Assembly (NCBI GenBank): GCA_963731735.1
Contig: CAVSWO010000002.1
Span: forward strand, 756,257-820,256
Direction: 5' to 3'
Source of the DNA: Candidatus Kerfeldbacteria bacterium
GTDB lineage: Bacteria > Patescibacteriota > Patescibacteriia > SBBC01 > CAIJZX01
DNA length: 64,000 bases
Shown: one piece after another, positions 1-8,752 of the stretch
How the letters are laid out: each line of letters begins with the position of its first letter
How positions within the stretch are numbered: position 1 is the stretch's first letter
Notes under the pieces: model-generated
What the model was told of the DNA's origin: nothing
The model's input: the letters and a program-made list of their open reading frames with translations, nothing else
The model's database searches: none
Translations under genes and position numbers: made by a program

Positions 1-437
1 CGGCGACCGCTCAACCCGGCCTGCAGGGCACAGTCCTCGGCAAGGTTGATTTCGGCATCCGGTTACTGGGCAAACAAATCCGTCGCGCCAAACGTAAATT
101 CCGAATCCGAGCCACCTTTGATACTCAGGTAGCTGTCATCGATTATCTCCCAGGCATGCAGGCGAAACCCCCGGGCGGCAGCCATCCGCCGAGCGGATAT
201 TTTTTGTCGGTGGCTGAAGGGTTTGGCGACCAGCGCACCATCACCGATCTGATTCGGAAATTGGCGCCGGTGCCGATCGCGGTCTATGCGCCGGGCGGTC
301 AGGGGTCGTTGCCGACGAATGCCTTGATTCTGCGTGATCCAAATCGAACCAATGCCTTACTCCGCTTTATGTGGGCCCTCGGCCAGACGCATGATCCGAA
401 AAAAATCCAGGCCCTGCTGACTCGGGAGACAACCTGA
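1..437 (+). CDS. hypothetical protein, 3' part of a gene that starts upstream of the window
   Basis: The frame read from nt 3 stays open until TGA at 435-437. That stop overlaps the ATG of the next gene (ATGA coupling). Confidence 0.5.
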   Translation, partial: ATAQPGLQGTVLGKVDFGIRLLGKQIRRAKRKFRIRATFDTQVAVIDYLPGMQAKPPGGSHPPSGYFLSVAEGFGDQRTITDLIRKLAPVPIAVYAPGGQGSLPTNALILRDPNRTNALLRFMWALGQTHDPKKIQALLTRETT

Positions 438-1045
438 TGCATATTTACTTTTACGGTCCGCCGACCAAAGCCCAAGCCGCGCTGGATACCTACCAGATAA
501 TTAAAGACAGCCTGCGACAAAATGATATTTGGCTGTCCACCAACACCGAATCGGATGAAGTCCAGGTCTCGGCTGAAGTTATGGCCGAAGCCAAACAGAC
601 CAACGTCCCGCTGCTCGAGCGGATGGACGCCTTTTTAATTGAAGGCTCGACCAACGATCCGCAAGTCGGTTTTCTGTTGGCCCAGGCCCTGGCCCAGGGT
701 AAGCCGACCCTCTACTTGTACCGCCGCGGCATTGTGCCGCAAATATTTCAGCACCTGTCGCAAAAAGAACTGCCAAAGCACCTACACGCGGTCGCCTACA
801 CCGAGACCGGCTTGTCGAAAGCCGTCCAGGCCTTTCTGGAACAACTGACCGGTATGAAAATCAAGCAGGTTCCGCGCCACAAGTTCACGCTGCGGATTAC
901 CGACGCGATCGAGGAATTCCTGCATTTCAAAACGCATAATACCAAACAGACCAAAGCCGATTTTCTCCGGGAAAAAATTGAGGATTGGATGGAATCGGAT
1001 AGTGATTGGCAGCAGCATCAGCGTCGCCGACGTCGGCGCGAATAA
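437..1045 (+). CDS. nucleoside 2-deoxyribosyltransferase-like domain protein with an Arg-rich C-terminal tail
   Basis: MHIYFYGPP... and FLIEGS..DPQVGFLLAQALAQGKP match the YFxGP / ..EIGYAxAxGKP pattern of the deoxyribosyltransferase fold. The gene is translationally coupled to the upstream ORF. Confidence 0.45.
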   Translation: MHIYFYGPPTKAQAALDTYQIIKDSLRQNDIWLSTNTESDEVQVSAEVMAEAKQTNVPLLERMDAFLIEGSTNDPQVGFLLAQALAQGKPTLYLYRRGIVPQIFQHLSQKELPKHLHAVAYTETGLSKAVQAFLEQLTGMKIKQVPRHKFTLRITDAIEEFLHFKTHNTKQTKADFLREKIEDWMESDSDWQQHQRRRRRRE

Positions 1046-1050
1046 AAAAA

Positions 1051-1079
1051 CTCCCCGTTACTTCCGGGAAGTTGGGGAG
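1051..1079. terminator. hairpin between convergent genes
   Basis: CTCCCCgttaCTTCCgGGAAGttGGGGAG palindrome preceded by an A-run on the + strand, which is a T-run on the - strand. It overlaps the last codons of the - strand ORF. Confidence 0.45.
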
Positions 1080-1306
1080 GTGTACGGGTGGTCGCTCGAC
1101 CGAAGGCCGTGTCCGACCAGGAGCACCAGTACCAGGGCCACGATGATGCCGGGCCAGTTGCCGAAGAACTTGACCCACGGTGCGATGATGGTAAACAGGC
1201 TACTGTCCTGCAGTTGGGTGACTTGGGCGATGGGGGCGCTGAAGAAACTCTTCAGCCAGGCGGACGCCAGCAAACCGCACAGCAGAATGAACGCGAGGGT
1301 GCGCAC
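1058..1306 (-). CDS. small hydrophobic membrane protein (DUF378-like)
   Basis: 82 aa with two predicted TM segments (FILLCGLLASAWL and GIIVALVLVLLVG). Confidence 0.45.
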   Translation of the reverse strand: MRTLAFILLCGLLASAWLKSFFSAPIAQVTQLQDSSLFTIIAPWVKFFGNWPGIIVALVLVLLVGHGLRSSDHPYTSPTSRK

Positions 1307-1776
1307 GATGATCCTCCATGAACAAGCGCACTGAATTCGGGGCGGACCTGGGTAGTTATAATAAATAAATAAAAATCACGCAAGGGCGATGCCGGCCTTT
1401 GCCCCCTCCAGCCATCTTTAAGCAAACTGAAAACCGTGTACGCTTCGACGTACAGGCGATGCTTTTGTTGGGCGTATAAGAGTCTTGACAGAGACGCGTT
1501 GTTACCACCGCGCTCCCGACCAGAACATCAGCCGAGCAGATTTCCGCGAGGGAGACCTACCCGACGCCATCGCAAGCCCATTCCGGCTCACACGCCGTCA
1601 TCAGTTTTCAGTCTCTGAATGAAATCACACCAGAACCGAAGGTGTCAATCCCGAATGCTAGCCCTTTACGGACCGGAGGGTGGGGTGTAGGCTTGGGTTA
1701 TAAATACTGGTTATTATCCGAACCAAGTTCGCATAATAACCAGTTGTCCGAAATAACAATAGATTAAAATAATAAT

Positions 1777-2415
1777 GTGATTTATTTAATTGGTGGTCCG
1801 CCAAAATGCGGCAAGACAACGCTTGCCAAAAAATTGTCCCGCAAACTTAAAATACCATGGGTCGCGGCCGATACCCTGCAAGTTGTGGCGCAAAAATATG
1901 TCAAAAAATACGTCTCCCGAAATGAGTTTCGAAGGTTATATCCGAGTTCAGTAAACAAAGGCAAAACGACCGATGAGACCTATTCTTTACGTACCCCAAG
2001 ACAACGGGCGCGGGATTACCAACAACAAGCAAAGGCAAGCTACGATGGTATTGAAATGTTTTCACTTTGTGAAATCAAGGATCAAAACGACTACATCATC
2101 GAAGGATTTCAGGTCACGCCACAACTTGCAGCAAGGTTGATAAAAAAGTACGGTGCACGTAACTTTCGCGTACTTTTCCTGTATAAACAAGATTCGGAGA
2201 AATTTGTTAGAGACGTGCGAAAAAGTTCAACACCAAATGACTGGATTCTGCGGGATACTAAACATCATCGAACTCTTTACAAGATAGCTGAAATGGTTAG
2301 CATTTATGGACAATTTTTTGTCCGCGAATCAAAAAAGTACAAGTTTAAGTCACTCTCGATGGACAGCGATTTTGGCGGACAACTTACAAAAGCGATTGTA
2401 TTACTTTCAAATTAA
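1777..2415 (+). CDS. P-loop NTPase / kinase-like protein (Walker A GGPPKCGKTT)
   Basis: GTG start; N-terminal LIGGPPKCGKTTLAKKL Walker A motif. Confidence 0.6.
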   Translation: MIYLIGGPPKCGKTTLAKKLSRKLKIPWVAADTLQVVAQKYVKKYVSRNEFRRLYPSSVNKGKTTDETYSLRTPRQRARDYQQQAKASYDGIEMFSLCEIKDQNDYIIEGFQVTPQLAARLIKKYGARNFRVLFLYKQDSEKFVRDVRKSSTPNDWILRDTKHHRTLYKIAEMVSIYGQFFVRESKKYKFKSLSMDSDFGGQLTKAIVLLSN

Positions 2416-2455
2416 CCCTATTGTTACTCCGGACAACAGCGTCTATACGAAATAG

Positions 2456-2496
2456 CAAGTACTTCGTATGAGACGCAAACGTTGTACGAAATTCTC
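2456..2496 (+). repeat. island repeat R1 (core CTTCGTATGAGACGCAAACGTT)
   Basis: Intergenic, downstream of the P-loop gene. It shares a CGCAAACGTT core with R2-R4 and contains the TTCGTA..TACGAA inverted repeat. Confidence 0.6.
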
Positions 2497-2557
2497 TTTG
2501 TGAAAAACTTGTAAAAATGATGGTTTTGGCACTTTTTATTAACTTATTCTTGAACAA

Positions 2558-3319
2558 ATGGAAGAACAAAGTGGTGGTTTTAGAAAGTTTCTAAGTACGC
2601 GTGCCGGAAAATGGACGATAGCTGCGGCGGTTATTTTTGTGCTTTATTTGATCGGAAATAACAGCTTGAAAAATGCTCAGGAACAAGTTAACGCCAATCA
2701 AGCCAATACAAACAGCGAGACTAATACGAATATTGCAGTCACAGCTAACAATACCAATCAAGAGCAGCCTCAAGCTAACACCAACACACAAATAAATAAC
2801 AACACAGCAACAGCTCCTGTTTCAACTAATACTAATAAAAACTCAGCCCCTACTAACACCAATAATAATCCAGCGCCAACATCGAACGAAACGACTAGTC
2901 AAAAAAATGCCGTCGCGTCAGCAAAAATTTATTTAAGCACTGGTGCATTTTCCCACGATGGTTTAGTTGCTCAATTAGAGTATGAAAAATTTTCACACGC
3001 GGATGCTGTGTATGGAGCGGATCATTCTGGCGGTGATTGGAATGCTCAAGCCGTTAAATCGGCTAAGGCTTACTTAACCACCTCCGCATTTTCTCATGAT
3101 GGACTAGTTGCTCAACTGGAGTACGAAAAATTCACAGAAGCTCAGGCAGTATACGGAGCAGACAATTCAGGTGGTGACTGGATGGTGCAAGCTGAAAAAG
3201 CCGCCAAAGCATACATGGATAATTCGTCTTTTTCACGCGATGGTTTGATCGCACAGTTAAAATACGATAAGTTCACACAAGCCCAAGCAGAACATGGGGC
3301 TGACTCAGTTGGACTATAA
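2558..3319 (+). CDS. membrane-anchored protein with three tandem Ltp-like (host cell surface-exposed lipoprotein / superinfection-exclusion type) domain repeats
   Basis: N-terminal TM helix and an Asn/Thr/Gln-rich linker are followed by three copies of AKxYLxTxAFSxDGLxAQLxYEKFxxAxAxYGAD..GGDW. This resembles the Pfam Lipoprotein_Ltp repeat. Confidence 0.65.
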   Translation: MEEQSGGFRKFLSTRAGKWTIAAAVIFVLYLIGNNSLKNAQEQVNANQANTNSETNTNIAVTANNTNQEQPQANTNTQINNNTATAPVSTNTNKNSAPTNTNNNPAPTSNETTSQKNAVASAKIYLSTGAFSHDGLVAQLEYEKFSHADAVYGADHSGGDWNAQAVKSAKAYLTTSAFSHDGLVAQLEYEKFTEAQAVYGADNSGGDWMVQAEKAAKAYMDNSSFSRDGLIAQLKYDKFTQAQAEHGADSVGL

Positions 3320-3377
3320 GGGCCGAGAATAAAAAGTGCCAAAATTGAATTGTTTTTCACAAAAGAGAACTCCGTAC

Positions 3378-3440
3378 AACAGCGCGTATACGATATGCTT
3401 CGCAGGATCGTATACGCGCAAACGTTAGTCGAAATATTTC
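3378..3440 (+). repeat. island repeat R2 (13-bp perfect inverted repeat GCGCGTATACGAT..ATCGTATACGCGC plus CGCAAACGTT)
   Basis: Intergenic, downstream of the Ltp gene. Its first 26 nt are near-identical to R3. Confidence 0.65.
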
Positions 3441-3715
3441 TTTTCTTTTCTCGGGCTGTCGCCGAAGCGGAGAACAATCTATTAAATTTCTTTCTTTACA
3501 GCCCTACTCAGATAGCGGCTGTTAAGTCTTGACAAAACCTAGTAAACACCCTATACTGCCACGTCTATCATTCTTACTTTGTAATGTCTGTGGTAGCAAC
3601 GAGAGCATAGCTTAACCGTGCTTTGATTGTTGCCGCGGAAACGCCGTGGTGACTTACGCGCCCCACTTAGCGATCTTGGGTCAACTCAAGACGCAAAGAA
3701 GAATGGAGACGTGTT

Positions 3716-4147
3716 ATGTCAAGCCTGGTTCTTTTGAACAACGAAGGTGTCGTCGCCCGCAAGCTCCAGCTCGTTTCACTACCAGACGATTACATCGTAC
3801 CTGAAGGGATGTTGGTCAGCTGGAGGATGGAAGTCGAATCTTGGTCGCGGGATTCCTTGGCAAGCCTCCTCAAGCCAGGGCCAGAGCCAGTGGAGGCATA
3901 CTTCTACCTCGGTAATGCACGTGCACAGGTCAATCGTACAAGCATCGAGCCATTCGTGGGCGGTGACTTCGGTCGGATGCGTTACGGCCTTCGGATCCTG
4001 ACCATCACGGTACAGGGAACTTCGGCAAAAGATGTGATGGCGTTGCGTGATCGCATCATGCACCTCGTCACCACAGGTGCTCACTGGGCAGTGAGCAACG
4101 ACCTGAATCCAAAGCGCGGGTTCCTGCACAGGCTCATGGGGAAATAG
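3716..4147 (+). CDS. hypothetical protein
   Basis: 143-aa ORF in the island gene array; no recognisable motif. Confidence 0.45.
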   Translation: MSSLVLLNNEGVVARKLQLVSLPDDYIVPEGMLVSWRMEVESWSRDSLASLLKPGPEPVEAYFYLGNARAQVNRTSIEPFVGGDFGRMRYGLRILTITVQGTSAKDVMALRDRIMHLVTTGAHWAVSNDLNPKRGFLHRLMGK

Positions 4148-4282
4148 GACTTCCTCTGCAACATGGCCGCTTAGTAGCGAAAGCGAACGGCGGCCTTCTC
4201 ATTTCCTCATGAAGAGAAATTTGAAAGATTTTTTCCCGCGCCCCGCTACGACGGGAAAAAAAATAAGGAATACGTTCAGCTA

Positions 4283-4347
4283 ACAGCGCGTATATGATAT
4301 ACTTCGTACAATCATATGCGCGCAAACGTTGTTAGGTGAAATAGTGC
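4283..4347 (+). repeat. island repeat R3 (GCGCGTATATGAT..ATCATATGCGCGC plus CGCAAACGTTGTTAGGTG)
   Basis: Paralog of R2, downstream of the 143-aa gene. It is flanked by GCTAAC .. GTTAGG, which resemble inverse-core and core attC sites. Confidence 0.65.
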
Positions 4348-4440
4348 GCGTATGTCTGGATTCTTTTACAGGTTATACATAAAGTGTTCTTTGGCAGGAA
4401 AATCATCTTAGGGGACGTGGCAATCCAAGAAAAGGAGGGA

Positions 4441-4752
4441 ATGGTCATGTTCTTTCGGCCTGGTAAGAAGAAAGAGTTGACTCTGGAACAACAGATCCTT
4501 CGTGAGCTGTTCAACAACGGCCCAATGGACGGAGCTCAGATCGCTGCCAAGTTGTTGGAGCTTGACGAGATCAAGCTTAGATCGGCACTTTCATCGCTGA
4601 TCGAATCAGGGCTCATTGAGTTCAGGGAAGAGCAGAGCGACACCGAGGATTTCTTCTGTCTTGTGTGGGGTAAAGCAACAAGCTTCCGAAAAAAGACACG
4701 TGAGCAACGGAAGTTGCAGGCGAGGCGGGTCCTTAACACCACTCAGGCGTAG
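4441..4752 (+). CDS. small winged-helix-like DNA-binding protein
   Basis: AAGGAGG sits 4 nt upstream of ATG 4441. LTLEQQILRELFNNGPMDGAQIAAKLLELDEIKLRSALSSLIESGLIE reads as an HTH/wing. Confidence 0.45.
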   Translation: MVMFFRPGKKKELTLEQQILRELFNNGPMDGAQIAAKLLELDEIKLRSALSSLIESGLIEFREEQSDTEDFFCLVWGKATSFRKKTREQRKLQARRVLNTTQA

Positions 4753-4869
4753 CAAGTCCATCGCAGTGTTTCACTGAGGGAAACAGTATGTTTCCCTCGT
4801 CCCCTAAGAGGAATTTCAATCGCTGTCAAAGAAAATCGCAAACTACACCCCCTAACAGCACCTATCCGA

Positions 4870-4908
4870 CATATCGAATACGTCCTATGAGACGCAAACG
4901 TTAGCTGC
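4870..4908 (+). repeat. island repeat R4 (CCTATGAGACGCAAACGTTAGC)
   Basis: Fourth copy of the CGCAAACGTT core, immediately upstream of typA. Confidence 0.55.
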
Positions 4909-5023
4909 ATCCATTGACGCAGCTCTCAGCGCATAGTATAGTATGTCTCTGCCTACGCTCGTACCTTGGCTGACAGGCGCGCCCACGAGGCGCTTTTTTA
5001 GAGGATACCGTCATCAATTTTTT

Positions 5024-6841
5024 ATGGAACGCCGCAAGGATATCAGAAACATCGCCATTATTGCTCACGTTGACCACGGCAAAACAACCCTGGTAGACGC
5101 GATGCTCAAGCAGACCCAAGCCGCGCGCAATTTAGACGATATGGGCGAGCGAATTTTGGATTCGATGGATCAGGAACGAGAACGGGGGATTACCATCCGG
5201 GCCAAGAACGCCTCGGTCGTCTATCATGCCATCAAAATAAATATCATCGATACGCCGGGCCACGCGGACTTCGGCGGCGAAGTCGAACGGACGCTGCGAA
5301 TGGCCGACGGGGTCCTGTTGCTGGTGGACGCCAAGGAAGGGCCGATGCCACAAACGAAATTCGTGACCCGCAAGGCGCTGGAACTCGGCTTGAAAGCGAT
5401 TGTGGTGGTCAACAAAATCGACAAAGCGGATGCCGATCCGGACGAAGCGGTCAATAAAACCTTTGACCTATTCGGCACCCTGAATGCCACGCATGAGCAG
5501 CTCGATTTCCCGATCGTGTACGCCTCGGCGATTGCCGGAACCGCCACCCTGGATCTGACCAAACCCGGCACGGACTTACAACCGCTGTTTGAAACGATAT
5601 TGCAGCACATTCCGGGCCCGGAGATTCGGTCGAATGATCCGCTGCAATTACTGGTCTTGGCCCTGGCCAATGATAACTACAAAGGCACGCTCGGGATCGG
5701 AAAAATTTTAGCCGGCAAGATCCGCAAAGGGCAGCCGGTGGCGCGGGTCAAACGCGACGGCACGATTGACCGCAGCAAGGTGACCGATATTTTGGTTTAT
5801 CAGGGCTTAGCGCAAACGGCGGTGGAGGAAGCCGAAGCCGGTGAAATCGTGGCGGTGGCCGGGATCGAAAAAATTGCGATTGGGGAGACGATCGCGGACG
5901 CCGAACAGCCGGTGGCCATACCGCCGGTTGACGTCGATCAACCGACCGTCCAAATGACCTTCGGCGTCAACACCTCGCCGTTCTCCGGCCAGGACGGGAA
6001 ACTGGTGACCTCGCGCCAGATTCGCGAACGCTTGATGAAAGAACTGGAAACGAATGTGGCGCTGCGGGTGGCCGAAACCGACAATGACAACAGCTTCCTG
6101 GTGTCGGGTCGGGGGGAATTGCACCTGGCGGTCCTGATTGAACAAATGCGCCGGGAAGGTTTTGAATTGCAGGTTTCCCAGCCGCAGGTGATTTTGCATG
6201 AAGCCAACGGCCAAAAGTTGGAGCCGTATGAACTGGTTACGATTGACGTGCCGGCCAACTATCAGGGAGCGGTGATTGAGGAGTGCGGCCGACGCAAGGG
6301 CGAACTGCTCTCGATGGACACGACCCCCAGCGGCGATCTGCATCTCGAGTACGACATGCCGACCCGCGGGGTGATTGGATTAAAGTCGGCTTTGATGACC
6401 AAGTGCCGCGGCACGGCGGTGGTCAACCACCTATTCAACAAATACGAACCTTACGCGCCGGAACTGATCGACGCCAACAGCCACGGTTCGCTGATCGCCT
6501 TTGAGCACGGCAAGAGTACCGGTTACGCCCTGGACACCGCCCAACAGCGCGGCACGTTATTTATCGGCCCGGGCGTCGATGTCTATGCCGGGATGGTGGT
6601 CGGGCAAAGTGGTCGGGATGAAGACATTGAAATCAACGTGGCCAAGGAAAAGAAGCTTTCAAACATGCGTTCCAAGGCCTCTGATGCCGCGATTCTGCTG
6701 GCTCCGCCGCGGCAGATGACGCTCGAACTGGCGCTCGAGTATATCGGGAGCGACGAACTGGTGGAAGTCACGCCGCGATCGATCCGGATCCGGAAACAAA
6801 TCCTCGATTCGAACGAGCGCAAACGGACGGGGAAAACGTAA
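5024..6841 (+). CDS. typA: translational GTPase TypA/BipA
   Basis: MERRKDIRNIAIIAHVDHGKTTLVD..DTPGHADFGGEVER..NKIDK. The ORF is open from 4943, but the homologous start is M at 5024. Confidence 0.9.
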   Translation: MERRKDIRNIAIIAHVDHGKTTLVDAMLKQTQAARNLDDMGERILDSMDQERERGITIRAKNASVVYHAIKINIIDTPGHADFGGEVERTLRMADGVLLLVDAKEGPMPQTKFVTRKALELGLKAIVVVNKIDKADADPDEAVNKTFDLFGTLNATHEQLDFPIVYASAIAGTATLDLTKPGTDLQPLFETILQHIPGPEIRSNDPLQLLVLALANDNYKGTLGIGKILAGKIRKGQPVARVKRDGTIDRSKVTDILVYQGLAQTAVEEAEAGEIVAVAGIEKIAIGETIADAEQPVAIPPVDVDQPTVQMTFGVNTSPFSGQDGKLVTSRQIRERLMKELETNVALRVAETDNDNSFLVSGRGELHLAVLIEQMRREGFELQVSQPQVILHEANGQKLEPYELVTIDVPANYQGAVIEECGRRKGELLSMDTTPSGDLHLEYDMPTRGVIGLKSALMTKCRGTAVVNHLFNKYEPYAPELIDANSHGSLIAFEHGKSTGYALDTAQQRGTLFIGPGVDVYAGMVVGQSGRDEDIEINVAKEKKLSNMRSKASDAAILLAPPRQMTLELALEYIGSDELVEVTPRSIRIRKQILDSNERKRTGKT

Positions 6842-6842
6842 T

Positions 6843-8111
6843 TTACCACCGATAGCGTCCCGTCGCCGGGTCGAAGCCGACTGTTTTGCGGAACCCGACC
6901 CGATCCGGCGCGTCACGTTCGGTCATGCCCCAGAAGGCGCCCCGGGTGACCGTAAAGTCGCCGTACTTATCGTTGACCGTATCAATCGCGTCGGCTAAGG
7001 CCGGGGCGTCTTCGTGTTTAGCGCGCGGCCACAGCTCGAGTTGATTCGAGCGCGGTTGTAATTGAAATAGCACCATCCCAAGCGCGTTCGGCAAGGCGCC
7101 GCGCGGCAGGTCATCCAGCAGGAATCGCCAGCAGTGGGTAAAAATATCCCGGGTATCAACGATGGGCGCCGGAAGCCGACCACCACCGCCTCCGCCATGG
7201 CGGCCGAACTGCCCGGCCTGATACTCCGGTAGCCGATACCAGGCCCACACGCCGTGGGCCTCGAAATCATACCGGCGGAGGCGGCGACCGGCCTTGTCGC
7301 AGAGTTTGGCCAGGACCGCTTTCGGATAATCCAGGCTGGTGGCCCGACGGCCGAAGACGTGCTGGTGACCGATCGATTTCGGGATGTTCGGCGAGTGAAT
7401 GCCCGGCAGTTCAATCGCGTTAACGTTGGCCCACAGCTGGTAGCCTAGGATGCCGAAGACCTGCATCAAGTTGATGACCGGATACCGGCGTAACTGACCG
7501 AGGGTGTAAATATTCAGTCGATTGAGCCGCGGTTCGAGCCGATCGGCAATACCCCAGGCGTCGGTCAGGGTGCGGGGATCGAGCGTGGTCGAGAAATTAT
7601 CGGGATGGACAAGCAGCGTTTGTCCTTTCGGCGCGGTATCGCCAGCGAACTTGGCCAGCCAGCGCGTCGGGGCGATGCCGATTGAACACTTGAGCCATTC
7701 ACCAACTTCGGCCTGGATCCGACGGCGAACCGCTTCGCCAATGACGGCCGCTTGCTCAAAGGTTCGGACAAAGCCGCTGAGATCCATAAAGACCTCGTCA
7801 ATGCTGTAGACTTCAACCGCCTCCGTATAGGTGCGGACGATCCGCAGGAATCCTTCGGTGACGGAACGGTACTTGTTGCTGTCGTTCGGAATCAGGATGA
7901 CGTTCGGGTCGAGCGCTCGGGCCTCTTTGACTCGACAGCCGGTTTTGATGCCTTTGGCCTTGGCCTCAATCGAGGAGGCGATAATGCAGCCGTTGGGTGA
8001 TAGGGTGGCCACCACGCCGACGGCCTTTCCACGCAGGTGCGGATTGGCCTGTTGCTCCACCGAAGCGAAGTAACTGTTCATGTCTAAGTGGAGGATGATT
8101 CTCGGGGTCAT
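6843..8111 (-). CDS. dinB: DNA polymerase IV (Y-family, DinB)
   Basis: MTPRIILHLDMNSYFASVEQ and SIDEVFMDLSG motifs are present. It is convergent with typA, with a 1-nt gap. Confidence 0.85.
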   Translation of the reverse strand: MTPRIILHLDMNSYFASVEQQANPHLRGKAVGVVATLSPNGCIIASSIEAKAKGIKTGCRVKEARALDPNVILIPNDSNKYRSVTEGFLRIVRTYTEAVEVYSIDEVFMDLSGFVRTFEQAAVIGEAVRRRIQAEVGEWLKCSIGIAPTRWLAKFAGDTAPKGQTLLVHPDNFSTTLDPRTLTDAWGIADRLEPRLNRLNIYTLGQLRRYPVINLMQVFGILGYQLWANVNAIELPGIHSPNIPKSIGHQHVFGRRATSLDYPKAVLAKLCDKAGRRLRRYDFEAHGVWAWYRLPEYQAGQFGRHGGGGGGRLPAPIVDTRDIFTHCWRFLLDDLPRGALPNALGMVLFQLQPRSNQLELWPRAKHEDAPALADAIDTVNDKYGDFTVTRGAFWGMTERDAPDRVGFRKTVGFDPATGRYRW

Positions 8112-8114
8112 AGC

Positions 8115-8174
8115 GTGTATTCCTGAACGGAGTCCGCCGTAGCTTTAGCGAAGACGGGCGAAGTGAAGGATCTC
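8115..8174 (+). repeat. REP-like unit A1
   Basis: GTGTATTCCTGAACGGAGTCCGCCGTAGCTTTAGCGAAGRCGGGCGRAGTGAAGGATCTC. It recurs at 8675-8734, in reverse complement at 13086-13145, and partially at 8298-8345. Confidence 0.7.
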
Positions 8175-8225
8175 TGGCACCACCCGATTTTCCATCTGGT
8201 GTCGCTCACTGTACCTTTGTGGTTC

Positions 8226-8259
8226 TGGAGACCCTTCGGCTGCGGCCTCAGGGATACAC
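8226..8259 (+). repeat. REP-like unit B1
   Basis: TGGAGACCCTTCGGCTGCGGCCTCAGGGATACAC. An identical copy lies at 8636-8669 and a variant in reverse complement at 13017-13061. Confidence 0.7.
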
Positions 8260-8265
8260 TGGTCG

Positions 8266-8297
8266 AAGTGGAGGATGATTCTCGGGGTCATAGCGTG
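8266..8297 (+). repeat. 32-bp duplicate of the dinB start region
   Basis: AAGTGGAGGATGATTCTCGGGGTCATAGCGTG is identical to 8086-8117, which is the reverse complement of the dinB start codon plus 7 codons and 5' UTR. Confidence 0.75.
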
Positions 8298-8317
8298 AAT
8301 TCCTGAACGGAGCCGTA

Positions 8318-8620
8318 TCAAACGCGGCGAAGTGAAGGATCTCCATCAACCGTAAGGTCATTCCACTCGGGATTGACTGATTCAATCAGCGCAATCTTTT
8401 TCTTGCGCGTCCAACCTTTCATTTGACGTTCGGCTTCAGCCGCTTCGCTGGCAACCTGAAATTCTTGTGCATAAACTACTTTCCGTAGATGATACCGAGC
8501 GGTAAAGCTATTCGAATTCAATCTGAGCCGGTGTTCTCCAATTCGAATCAAGTCCCGACCAGTCATGCCGGTGTACAGGACGGTGTGCCATTTATTTGTC
8601 ATGATGTAGACGTGATACAT
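8318..8620 (-). CDS. GIY-YIG nuclease family protein (COG2827/URI-domain type)
   Basis: MYHVYIMTNKWHTVLYTGMT...YLKxW ~100-aa architecture. The gene is flanked by A'/B/A repeat units. Confidence 0.8.
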   Translation of the reverse strand: MYHVYIMTNKWHTVLYTGMTGRDLIRIGEHRLRLNSNSFTARYHLRKVVYAQEFQVASEAAEAERQMKGWTRKKKIALIESVNPEWNDLTVDGDPSLRRV

Positions 8621-8635
8621 AGATTGGTGGTGCCG

Positions 8636-8734
8636 TGGAGACCCTTCGGCTGCGGCCTCAGGGATACACGAAGTGTGTATTCCTGAACGGAGTCCGCCGT
8701 AGCTTTAGCGAAGGCGGGCGGAGTGAAGGATCTC
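8636..8734 (+). repeat. REP-like units B2+A2
   Basis: Second copies of unit B (8636-8669) and unit A (8675-8734), immediately after the GIY-YIG gene. Confidence 0.7.
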
Positions 8735-8752
8735 CTTCAGTGATACGCTTAT

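Larger units (their letters stand above)
1700..4930 (+). mobile_element. AT-rich island 1: cassette-like array of four same-strand genes, each followed by a hairpin repeat
   Basis: GC drops sharply at ~1700, where an 11-bp inverted repeat CTGGTTATTAT..ATAATAACCAG sits at 1705-1750. It recovers at the typA start. The content (Ltp-repeat protein, P-loop kinase, small wHTH) is mobile-element-like. Confidence 0.4.

Noticed and set aside
5224-6343. Long - strand ORFs inside typA (5224-5670, 5807-6343)
   Set aside because: They are antisense to a highly conserved GTPase gene.
8521-8551. tRNA T-loop-like string AATTCGAATCAAGTCCC
   Set aside because: It lies inside the GIY-YIG coding sequence and has no acceptor/anticodon arms around it. 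No tRNA, rRNA, tmRNA, RNase P or SRP signatures were found anywhere by eye.
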